This document shows positions 1 through 8,944 of a DNA stretch of 33,509 bases, in pieces. Position numbers and translations under genes: made by a program. The notes beneath the pieces were generated by a model. It did no database searches, was not told where the DNA came from, and saw only the letters and a program-made list of their open reading frames with translations. The stretch comes from a virus (Duplodnaviria > Caudoviricetes), in the IMG/VR virus record IMGVR_UViG_3300027804_000141, positions 1-33,509 of that record. The stretch is one strand, 5' to 3'. Each line of letters begins with the position of its first letter. Position 1 is the stretch's first letter.

Positions 1-621
1 CTAATAGCTGCAGACGGTTTTAGTAATCTATATATAAATGGCTTTGTTTTAAACAATAACATTCCAGCAGAAAACACTATAGTTTACTGGAGAAAAGCAA
101 GGTATATATATGACATTTTTAATGATATTAGCTTTGCAGACAACACAGATGAACCAGGCCAAGATTCTGTTTCTGGATATACAATTACACAGTCTGATGG
201 TTCTTTCGTAATAGGTCCATTTATATCTCAAGAAAATACAAATCCTGGGTTATGGTTTGTTGCACTTGAAACTGATTTATCATCAGAATTCTCTGAAAGT
301 CCAGAAAATATAGCTGGAGATATAGTCTATTGGATGGAAGATTTTGATCCTGTTAATTATGTATATGGGAATACTTCTGGAGTCCAAGAAATCATCAATT
401 ATGATTCCGATAAAGATTTGGCCTTATATTCTACGCCAACATTTGTTCTTAGTTACTATAATGGCGATAATGTGGATATTAGTCCACAAAGTCCACTATG
501 GACTCCTCCTTCCTGGTTCTCGTTAAGTAAATATACTCAGTATCAATCTGGACTATGGGGTTCTACTCCATATTATATAGAAGATTATAATTCTATTAGA
601 ACAGATATATTAAGACCGTAA
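1..621 (+). CDS. 5'-truncated putative virion structural protein (C-terminal part)
   Basis: Frame 1 is open from base 1 (LIAADGFSNLYING...) through the listed ATG at 334 to TAA 619-621, so the gene starts upstream of the window. It lies directly before the structural operon. Confidence 0.75.
   Translation, partial: LIAADGFSNLYINGFVLNNNIPAENTIVYWRKARYIYDIFNDISFADNTDEPGQDSVSGYTITQSDGSFVIGPFISQENTNPGLWFVALETDLSSEFSESPENIAGDIVYWMEDFDPVNYVYGNTSGVQEIINYDSDKDLALYSTPTFVLSYYNGDNVDISPQSPLWTPPSWFSLSKYTQYQSGLWGSTPYYIEDYNSIRTDILRP
453..465 (+). promoter_or_regulatory. Putative phage promoter motif TTACTATAATGGC (internal to upstream CDS)
   Basis: Identical 13-mer at 15001-15013 in an intergenic position. 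Contains TATAAT and lies about 170 nt before the 638 start. Confidence 0.35.
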
Positions 622-637
622 ATTATTAGGGAAAATA

Positions 638-3600
638 ATGAAAAAATTTATTGATAAAACTACATCTGGAAACGAAAATTCAGTCAAAAAGATAAACAAC
701 CTTCCATCAGATAATTCTTCTTTTTCTCTTGGCTACGTTTCTTCTGGAGATATTAGTCCGGCAAATACTTTGTTAATAACAGATTTTTCTTCCTTGATAT
801 CAGAAAATAACAACATATCTATTAGCAATAACTCTATATACAATGAAGGTCAAAAGATCTTTTATGCAGATGAATTAGGAATTTTGCAGGATTCAGAAGG
901 AAATAGTTTATTCTCTTCTCCAGAATTAATGGTAAGCGATTTGCCATTGCTAGATCCTTATTTGGACGAAAGAAAATTAACTCAAGATTTAGATCCAGAA
1001 AACTTTGTCTTTTCATATTATATTTCAAAAAATTATACTTTAATAGACAAAGATCTTTATTCTTATGATTCCTTAAAAGACTATATTCCTCAGGAAAAAA
1101 TACCATCTTCAATTATTGTTGTAAATAAAAATGGAGAAGAATATACAGACAAGTCCAATGGAAAGAAAAAATATAGAATTCTTTTAGACCAAATTACCTT
1201 AGACGAAGTAGATGTGCAACTTGCAAGACCTGAAACTCTAAGGCCGCATAGGATAGTTGTGCTATTGCCAGATGCAAAAGATGAAGACTTATACCTTACT
1301 TATGATATGACTATGATTTCTTCTGATAAAACATTTAGTCAAACTAAATATAATCACAAAGAAAAAATTAATCCTCTTCCAATATTTGATAACGAAAAAG
1401 AAGAATCAGTTGTTGCAGACTTAACATCTAGAAATAAAAGAATATATTCAACTAAGCAAATTTCTAGCAATTATAACTTTGTTAATGGATTGAATAGTTC
1501 TATTGAGGGTTATGAAGTGTTTGTTCCTAAAAAAGCTATTTCAGATAATAGAAACTATCAAACTTTTAATTGGAGATTAATAGCGAAGATTGTAAATCGA
1601 ACTAATGTTTCTTCAATTAATTACCAAGAAGCTATTACAGAAGAAGATCTTATCAGACAAAGAACAATAAGATGTGCTGTGTTATGGACATCAGCAGACA
1701 GATCAGCTGCAGAAGCATCTCAAAATGTAGGTTATGCTAGCCCGTATATATTTAATAGGCTTCAAAATTCTCCATTTAATTTATCTTCTTATATTTTTGA
1801 AAACCCCCTAGCTGAAGCCGGAGTTTTAAAAACTTCATATAATTACTGGATGGTTAATATAGATAATCTTGCAAACTTAGATGATTTTGACATTGTTGCA
1901 TGGTCTCCTACTTCTAATATTACAGTTTCTCAAGCTCAAAAAATTAAATCATTCATAGAAGATAAACATGGTACTGTATTTTTAGATCTTAGTTCTCCAT
2001 CATTAAATTCACAATCTGCAACTTTAATCTATCCATATTTAAGCATGGCTAGTTCTTCTGTTCAAATGAATAATTGGGAATATAACAGAGACAATTTGTT
2101 TATAAATGAGCTAAAAACAAATGCCTGGCCAATATCAGATAATATTTTTGAGGCAGTTGGCAATCAAGTATATTATGGAATTTTTGGCAATGCTGTCAAT
2201 TCAGTTTCTGGTGAAAGAAAATATTACAAATATTTTGACAATCAAGATTTGGCAACAGCAAATATTGTTTTGAAAGAAAATACAAATAATCAAAACAAAC
2301 CAATTTTTGTCAGTGTTGAATATCAACCAGTAGCTGATTCATTAGTTAGAGGTTCTATTCTAGCTACAACAACTCCAGTTTTAAAATATTGCAACGACGT
2401 ATATCAGTCTTCTTCAATTTTTAATCAGGCAATTAGCAATTCTTCTTTTTCTCAGACCGATAATGGACAGGTGATACCAACTGCAGTAATAGAAGGTCCC
2501 TTTAAAATTCTTTACAATGCGGTATCTGTAGCAATGCTGAGTAAATCTCAAGCATCTAGGTCTTTAGATATGAGAAGCTCAACTTATTATATGGTTGGTA
2601 ACTGGAATAGTTCATATGTATTAAATGGTTCAGTTTTGTTAGAAGATGAAAAATCTGAATATTCTACTATACCATCAGAAACTAATGGTGACTTGGTTTA
2701 CTCAAAAAACATAATCTCTAATTACGGATCTATTTTTGACTATTATAAGAGAATAGTTTACGACCTACTGCCAGATCAATATTCGCTAATAGCTCAAGAT
2801 ATTAATAAAGGAAATATTGAGCTTTATATTGAGGTTACAAATAATAATATCATTTTAAATGGTCTTAATAAAATATCAAATGACTATTTTTCTTCAGAAA
2901 TAAACGATATACCATCTTCACATTCTCTTTACAAGGTCGTTTCGTCACAATATGATGGATCTATATTTGCTCATACTACTGTTGGGTCTGCAAGTTTTGA
3001 AATACCAGGCGGTTTTGGGCCATATGAATTAAGAGAAAAAAATATATTAAGATCAAGCGACATATCTGGAAATTTTGTTGGAAACAAAGTTAGCGCAAAT
3101 AGCTACAAGTCATATCCATTTTCTTTTTCTACTTATAATACTTATTTAATTTCTAATGAACAACCAATAAACTATGATGTAACTTGGACAGCAAACGTAA
3201 TTGCAACTGGAACGGCAACTCTTTCTAGAAGGATACTTGCAAAAAATATACCAGCTGAAACAAGATCTGATTCATCAGTTAAACCAGTGCAGGGTTATTC
3301 TGGTATAGATGTGGATGATAATAGTATTATCGCTGCTCTTCCTCCTGATAAAAGAATATCACATGTAAAAAATAACTTTTTGTATACAGGAGATATAGAT
3401 GCAGGAAATACCCACATATCTTATAAACAGGGTAGGTCTGGTCTTCGTGAGGATTATACTAAATACATACAATATACTTTAGCTAATTGTGGAATTAGTT
3501 CCATTAAAAATATTCAAGTAGATGGAAAATTCGGACCACAAACTACTTCATATGTAAAGATTTTTCAATCCGAAAAAGGTCTTACATGGGTAGACGGAGT

Positions 3601-4039
3601 TGTGGATAGCCAAACAAAATCTTATTTACTAAGAGTTTGGAAAAGTCTAGCTAAAAACAATTTTGATAAATTTACTTCTGTTGTAGATAATATTAGAAAA
3701 AAAGATCCAGATGTTATCAAATATATAAGAAAAAGAGTTAATCCAGAAGTTAATGAGCTTCATAGTAGCGATTTAGACTATAGAAGGATTAGCTTTACCT
3801 ATAATAAGGGGCCAGAAGGAGTCATTAAAGATGTAGTGTATGTAAGAGTTCCAAAAATGTATAATACATTAAAGGATTCTTCTGCAATATCAAATTTAAA
3901 AGTTAATTCAATAACAATTAAAGCTGGCGCATTTGATGGAGCAACCAAATACAAAGGTGTCAAAATCAACAAGATCCTTTGCTCTCCTCAAGCAGATGCA
4001 GATGAACTAAAGCGGACAAAAAACCGCTATTGTTTCTAA
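638..4039 (+). CDS. Large virion structural protein, N-terminal segment, with peptidoglycan-binding (PG_binding_1-like) domain; probably continues via +1 shift at 4013 to 6293 (about 1884 aa)
   Basis: 1133-aa ORF with AGGG upstream. PGBD motif KYIQYTL..VDGKFGPQT..VKIFQ..GL..VDGVVD.QT at about 3452-3628. The +1 frame is open from 4011. Confidence 0.75.
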   Translation: MKKFIDKTTSGNENSVKKINNLPSDNSSFSLGYVSSGDISPANTLLITDFSSLISENNNISISNNSIYNEGQKIFYADELGILQDSEGNSLFSSPELMVSDLPLLDPYLDERKLTQDLDPENFVFSYYISKNYTLIDKDLYSYDSLKDYIPQEKIPSSIIVVNKNGEEYTDKSNGKKKYRILLDQITLDEVDVQLARPETLRPHRIVVLLPDAKDEDLYLTYDMTMISSDKTFSQTKYNHKEKINPLPIFDNEKEESVVADLTSRNKRIYSTKQISSNYNFVNGLNSSIEGYEVFVPKKAISDNRNYQTFNWRLIAKIVNRTNVSSINYQEAITEEDLIRQRTIRCAVLWTSADRSAAEASQNVGYASPYIFNRLQNSPFNLSSYIFENPLAEAGVLKTSYNYWMVNIDNLANLDDFDIVAWSPTSNITVSQAQKIKSFIEDKHGTVFLDLSSPSLNSQSATLIYPYLSMASSSVQMNNWEYNRDNLFINELKTNAWPISDNIFEAVGNQVYYGIFGNAVNSVSGERKYYKYFDNQDLATANIVLKENTNNQNKPIFVSVEYQPVADSLVRGSILATTTPVLKYCNDVYQSSSIFNQAISNSSFSQTDNGQVIPTAVIEGPFKILYNAVSVAMLSKSQASRSLDMRSSTYYMVGNWNSSYVLNGSVLLEDEKSEYSTIPSETNGDLVYSKNIISNYGSIFDYYKRIVYDLLPDQYSLIAQDINKGNIELYIEVTNNNIILNGLNKISNDYFSSEINDIPSSHSLYKVVSSQYDGSIFAHTTVGSASFEIPGGFGPYELREKNILRSSDISGNFVGNKVSANSYKSYPFSFSTYNTYLISNEQPINYDVTWTANVIATGTATLSRRILAKNIPAETRSDSSVKPVQGYSGIDVDDNSIIAALPPDKRISHVKNNFLYTGDIDAGNTHISYKQGRSGLREDYTKYIQYTLANCGISSIKNIQVDGKFGPQTTSYVKIFQSEKGLTWVDGVVDSQTKSYLLRVWKSLAKNNFDKFTSVVDNIRKKDPDVIKYIRKRVNPEVNELHSSDLDYRRISFTYNKGPEGVIKDVVYVRVPKMYNTLKDSSAISNLKVNSITIKAGAFDGATKYKGVKINKILCSPQADADELKRTKNRYCF
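4013..4016 (+). other. Candidate +1 recoding site (AAG CGGA CAA)
   Basis: First in-frame CGG of the gene. The +1 frame is closed by TAA 4008-4010 and then open to 6293; the zero frame stops at 4039. Confidence 0.6.
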
Positions 4040-6293
4040 TTCAACCCGCTACTTTAAAGATTCTAGAACTTTTAATTTGACGAATATAAATTCAGACAAT
4101 GCAGTTTGGTTCGCAATCGCTATTGAAGGATCTGAGCTTGGTGGAAAATTTGGAGAATATGCAGAAGGCTATTCTATATCAGAAATATCTTTTAACATTT
4201 CATGGGAGATAGGAGGGGGAGTTAGCATACAAGAAGTAAAGACAGAAACAAGTACTCTCCCATTTACCATTAATTACACAATTCAATCAACAGAATCTAA
4301 TGTTAGCGCAAATAATAAAAAGTCAATTAACCTATCACCAGTTAACCCATCTAGATATACAGTATCACTTAATTCAATTACATATCCGACTTTTTATGAT
4401 GGAAATAGAACTGAGTCTTTAGTTGGTAAAACTTTAGACTTTTCATTAACTAATTATCAACCTCCTATAAGAACTTTAGATGGAGATGAATATGTTGAGG
4501 AGTCTGTAAAGTTAGATCTATCAAAGGTGGCACATCAAATTTCTGGAACACCTTCACTAGTTTCAGCTACCTCCAACGGCAATGCTGTATCAGCTGGTAA
4601 TCTATCTGCAATGGTAGATTTAAATTATTCTTCAAATATATTGACATTATCAGTATCAGCTCTTTCCTATAATAATTCATCTTCATCTACTGAAGAAGTT
4701 GCTGTCAATAGCTATAATCTACTAAGGCAAGATGGGTCAATAATTAAAAACTCAAAGAACACAGTAACAGTACTAGACGGTCTTTTGCTTCTTTGTAAAA
4801 ATACAGACAATCCATCAGAACTTGGATCTCCTACAGGAATCAGCGATTACAACATTTACACCATAGCCCAAGCAGACGCAGAAATAAATATAGACTATGG
4901 AAACTTGGTTTTAAGAAATACTTCTTTAACTGAGAATGGTTTAATATGGGGATTTTATGATAATTTAAGAAAAGAATTTTTAGGTTCTAGTATTAAATAC
5001 TTAGATTATTTAAATAGAGGAAGACAGAATATATACATAGGCGTCCTTGCTTTTGATGCGGATGGAAATATATCTTCTTCAACAGATGTTATAGGACCTA
5101 GAGACACTGTCTTAACTCAACCGATTTCTATTCCCCAAAAAACTGCTTACCCAATCTATTCAGTAAAGTATACCAATAGCTCAAAAATTAAGGTTCTTGG
5201 TGTTAATTCAACTTTGGATAAATTTTCTCAATGGCCTTTATATATTAGTGGTGGATCTTTTACAAAAGATTTTTATATATCAAAAAAATACGGTTGGGTT
5301 GATTGGCTTTCAAAGTATAAATCAAAAAACTTAAGAGCATATTATTCAACTCTTTCTCAGTCTAGCGCTCCTTGGTCACTGTTTTTAGGAAGACCTTATA
5401 TTGACGTTAAGAAAGAAAGACCAATTCTTTTATCTAAAAAAGCAATACAAATCAGAAACGCCCCAATTGCATTTATAAAAGAACCATCATATAATATTGA
5501 AGGAAAATTTAAATACTTTATTGATGTTTATGTAAAAAACGCTGCAGACGATTCTTGGACAAAAATTGATTCATCAAAGATGATGTCGGTTAATGCAAAA
5601 GAAGGAATTATAGAGTTTGATAATGATATAGTTCCAACGACAAATTCAGATATATATGTTGATTATATAAGCAAATCTAGCGGGATACCAATTAAGCATT
5701 CTGGAGGACAAAGACTTCCTTTAAATCCTTTCTTAAACAAAGAAAGCACAGAACAAGATAAAGCTCTTTATATATACATAAAACCAAACAGAATTCAGTA
5801 TGAGTCAATAGGCGCTGGTGGATCTGAATGGATAGATGTTCCAGAATATTCTTCTTCAGACTCAGTTAATTTTACTTACGATAATTCAATATTTAATGAT
5901 TATAATTCTGTTAGTTTTGATCCATTTGCCCTGCCAATAGCTACGATCCACATGAATAAATCTTTTGATGTCAAAGATTTAGGGTTTGAGGATCTTAGAA
6001 TAAAGGGTGGAGGTGTAATTTCTAGTGAGATTACTAAAGACCTTAACTATTCTACGGTCTCAATGGTTACTATGATGAGTACATTACCAGAAGCTATTAA
6101 TTTCTGGGATGTTTATCCACCACTTAAACAAGCGTACCCCAAAGGTGGTTTTGTGGTCATTAAACTTCCAACAGAAGTAATGAATAATTTTGAAAATCCT
6201 CAAGAAATTTATAGTATAATAGAAAGAAATATAACAGCAGGCGTTGCTTACAGGCTTCAAGACATGGAAGGCAATGACTGGGGAGTACTATGA
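4014..6293 (+). CDS. Large virion structural protein, C-terminal segment (baseplate/tail-like)
   Basis: Open frame 4011-6293. The listed TTG at 4077 has no Shine-Dalgarno. S/N/T-rich, ends DLRIKGGG...FWD...GGFVVIKLP...IERNITAG. Stop overlaps the next ATG (ATGA). Confidence 0.7.
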   Translation, partial: GQKTAIVSNSTRYFKDSRTFNLTNINSDNAVWFAIAIEGSELGGKFGEYAEGYSISEISFNISWEIGGGVSIQEVKTETSTLPFTINYTIQSTESNVSANNKKSINLSPVNPSRYTVSLNSITYPTFYDGNRTESLVGKTLDFSLTNYQPPIRTLDGDEYVEESVKLDLSKVAHQISGTPSLVSATSNGNAVSAGNLSAMVDLNYSSNILTLSVSALSYNNSSSSTEEVAVNSYNLLRQDGSIIKNSKNTVTVLDGLLLLCKNTDNPSELGSPTGISDYNIYTIAQADAEINIDYGNLVLRNTSLTENGLIWGFYDNLRKEFLGSSIKYLDYLNRGRQNIYIGVLAFDADGNISSSTDVIGPRDTVLTQPISIPQKTAYPIYSVKYTNSSKIKVLGVNSTLDKFSQWPLYISGGSFTKDFYISKKYGWVDWLSKYKSKNLRAYYSTLSQSSAPWSLFLGRPYIDVKKERPILLSKKAIQIRNAPIAFIKEPSYNIEGKFKYFIDVYVKNAADDSWTKIDSSKMMSVNAKEGIIEFDNDIVPTTNSDIYVDYISKSSGIPIKHSGGQRLPLNPFLNKESTEQDKALYIYIKPNRIQYESIGAGGSEWIDVPEYSSSDSVNFTYDNSIFNDYNSVSFDPFALPIATIHMNKSFDVKDLGFEDLRIKGGGVISSEITKDLNYSTVSMVTMMSTLPEAINFWDVYPPLKQAYPKGGFVVIKLPTEVMNNFENPQEIYSIIERNITAGVAYRLQDMEGNDWGVL

Positions 6294-7171
6294 TAAATTC
6301 GTTTCCATCAACAATAAACACATTTGCTACAAATTCTCAAAGAACTGTTGGTTCTTTAATTAGGATGGTTAAGGCAGATAAAGTTCAGGTTGTAGAGTTA
6401 TTAAAAAACGCTAGCTCATTTAATGGGGCAGCTGACTTTGCCCCAGTTGTATTTAGACCTTTATCTAGAATAACGGCAGAGAGTTTTGTTGATTTTTATA
6501 GGGATATTGAGATTAGACTCGGAAGATACTATAGTGCTTCAAACGTAGTTAGTGTCTTAGTAAATTCTATGGCTGATTCCATGATGGCAAGAATCTCTAA
6601 GCTAGAAAAAGATATATCTTATTTAGAAAATTATGTAAATAATTATGAATTTATATCTGGAAAAGACGACTTATATAATTATTCATATATAGAAAATTTT
6701 GATAATGATAATGGATCCTCGGAAAAAGATTCTATTAAAATACCTTATGTAGATAGGGATGGCAATAATCCTTTGGACTCATATTTTTCTGGAGGATATG
6801 TTGACGTAGCTAATTCAAGATTTAAAATTGGATCATCTATTAAAAAAATAAACATGTCTTATGCAATAAAAAATGTTTCAGTAAAAACAAATTATGATAA
6901 CTATATTTCTTCTTCTTCAGATCCAAAAAAAATGTTTGATGACAAAAAAACTAAGTCCTGGAGCGTATCTATCAAATCACCAAGAATTCTTACAGGAAAT
7001 CCTGTAGATATTGAAAAATATGTAGGTTATGATTTTTCTTATATTGTAGGCGCAAAAACAATAGTAGAATTTGAGCTAAAGAATCTTGTAGAGATGGATA
7101 CAATAAAAATTAATCCATCAAATTCTTATCGGACTTTCTATCTTAGAAATTATAGTCGAAGGAGAAGATAA
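6290..7171 (+). CDS. Putative structural protein, N-terminal segment; probably continues via +1 shift at 7130 to 8942 (about 883 aa)
   Basis: GGGAG SD and ATGA overlap. Helical/coiled-coil N-terminus followed by a YIENFD motif shared with neighbouring paralogues. Confidence 0.7.
   Translation: MINSFPSTINTFATNSQRTVGSLIRMVKADKVQVVELLKNASSFNGAADFAPVVFRPLSRITAESFVDFYRDIEIRLGRYYSASNVVSVLVNSMADSMMARISKLEKDISYLENYVNNYEFISGKDDLYNYSYIENFDNDNGSSEKDSIKIPYVDRDGNNPLDSYFSGGYVDVANSRFKIGSSIKKINMSYAIKNVSVKTNYDNYISSSSDPKKMFDDKKTKSWSVSIKSPRILTGNPVDIEKYVGYDFSYIVGAKTIVEFELKNLVEMDTIKINPSNSYRTFYLRNYSRRRR
7130..7133 (+). other. Candidate +1 recoding site (TAT CGGA CTT)
   Basis: First in-frame CGG of the gene. The +1 frame is open from 7107 through ATG 7383 to 8942. 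Confidence 0.65.
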
Positions 7172-8942
7172 TGGAATATCAATCTTCACTTCTTCAGGGT
7201 CTTCAAATCCTTCTTCTAACTTTGTCAGCAAAAAAATACTTAATGCACAAGTAAGTTTACAAAAACCATTTAGCGTTTCATTCTCTAGTATAAAAGCAAA
7301 TAAAATAATATTTGTCTTTAATCAAGATACCTATACTAGAACAGAGTCTATCAGTTCTGAATCCGAAAAAATATCTCGTCAAATGCATGAGATAACCAAA
7401 GCTATAAGAGACTCAAGAAAACAAACAAAAGCAAATGTTTTACAAGATTTAGTTCTTTCTTTCTTCAGAAAAAGATTATCAATAAATGAAGCTAAAAGAA
7501 ATCAATATTTATATTCAGACTATTATACTTACAAGTATCCAATTTCAGAAGTCGTTAATATTAACTCTTCGTATGAAGAGGCTGTAAAGGATAAGGGTTC
7601 ATTTGAAAATCAGATAGATTCTTATATTCCAAAAAATAGAACATATTTAACTAGAATTGTAGAATCTGTAGTTTCCCATGTTTTAGGAAGTAGATTCAAT
7701 GCAATAAATACAACTTTTGGAAAGCAGTCACAATTTTCTATAGATTCTGGCAGAATTTCTACATTATCTGGAAATGGCTTTTATCCAGAGGTAAATGTTA
7801 ATACAAATAATGCTGGCCATCATGAGTTTAATAAGCCAACAATACCAGGAATTAACTTTAATAGCGCTTCGTCGGCACCAAAAACTTTGGATTCTTCTAA
7901 TTCTTACGATTATAATTTTTCAATTAATTCTATAGAATTCTTTTCTACTGATTTTCAAAACAGTATATCTAATAATAGTGGACAAAAAGCAATTTACATA
8001 AGTAAAAATATTCCAGTTCCAGGATCACTATTAGGAGTAAAGGCTAAAATTCAAAGCGACGAAGTTTCTTCTAGTGCAACACAAAATGTTGAACTTAAGA
8101 AAGCAAATTCTTACGAATTAAGCTTTTCTTTTAAAGAAAATCCAACAAATGAAATTGATTGGGTTCCGATTGTTCCTTATGGATTAACTTATATAGATTC
8201 GGAAATTGTATTTTTTAATAGATCTACAAAAAATGCTAAACTAAGATTTTATCCAAAATCTGTTTCAATAAATCTTTACGAAAATGGAGTTTTAGTTCCA
8301 AAATATCTATATACAGTTAATATAACAAACGCTACTATCTCAATGCCGACCTACAATGAGGATAAAAAATATGTGGCGGAATATGATATTGATAATGTTA
8401 ACTATTCACAAGATTATATAGATGTTTCTGTGATAAGTGATAAAATTAATATATCTCCTTTTTCAGCAAATGGGAAAGATGGAGAATATTTTTTGAGTAC
8501 AAATGGTTCTCTTAATATAGAACTTTCTCAATATCCCTATGTAGATCATGATAATTTTGTAAATCCAATATATAGCCCAACAAGAGGAACAATTAGTTCA
8601 GGTTCAGTGTCTAATTATTCTCCAGTGTCAATCAAGTTAAGCGATGGCAGCTACGCTATAAATTTAACTAATTATATTAGTGGTGATTTTTCAAGATCTA
8701 ATTTTTATGAAACAAGTGAAACTTTATTCTATCAAAACGGCAAAAACATCATTTTTAATAAACCAATTTCATCTTATTTCTACGTTCTATATAATTACAT
8801 AAATAATAACGTAAGATTTAGATGTATTGTTAGAAACAACTTTTTTAACGATTTTAATTCTGGATCATTAGATTGTGTAACGGTAAAAATGAAGGTTAAT
8901 AATATTGACAATTTTGCTAGCAGAGTGCTAGGAGTTAAATAA
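7131..8942 (+). CDS. Putative structural protein, C-terminal segment
   Basis: The apparent gap 7172-7382 is fully open in the frame of ORF 7383..8942 (GLSILEIIVEG...KIIFVFNQDTY...SRQMHE). ATG 7383 has no SD. Confidence 0.7.
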   Translation, partial: GLSILEIIVEGEDNGISIFTSSGSSNPSSNFVSKKILNAQVSLQKPFSVSFSSIKANKIIFVFNQDTYTRTESISSESEKISRQMHEITKAIRDSRKQTKANVLQDLVLSFFRKRLSINEAKRNQYLYSDYYTYKYPISEVVNINSSYEEAVKDKGSFENQIDSYIPKNRTYLTRIVESVVSHVLGSRFNAINTTFGKQSQFSIDSGRISTLSGNGFYPEVNVNTNNAGHHEFNKPTIPGINFNSASSAPKTLDSSNSYDYNFSINSIEFFSTDFQNSISNNSGQKAIYISKNIPVPGSLLGVKAKIQSDEVSSSATQNVELKKANSYELSFSFKENPTNEIDWVPIVPYGLTYIDSEIVFFNRSTKNAKLRFYPKSVSINLYENGVLVPKYLYTVNITNATISMPTYNEDKKYVAEYDIDNVNYSQDYIDVSVISDKINISPFSANGKDGEYFLSTNGSLNIELSQYPYVDHDNFVNPIYSPTRGTISSGSVSNYSPVSIKLSDGSYAINLTNYISGDFSRSNFYETSETLFYQNGKNIIFNKPISSYFYVLYNYINNNVRFRCIVRNNFFNDFNSGSLDCVTVKMKVNNIDNFASRVLGVK

Positions 8943-8944
8943 TT

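Noticed and set aside
334-621. 95-aa ORF as a complete gene
   Set aside because: The frame is open back to base 1; it is the tail of a longer gene.
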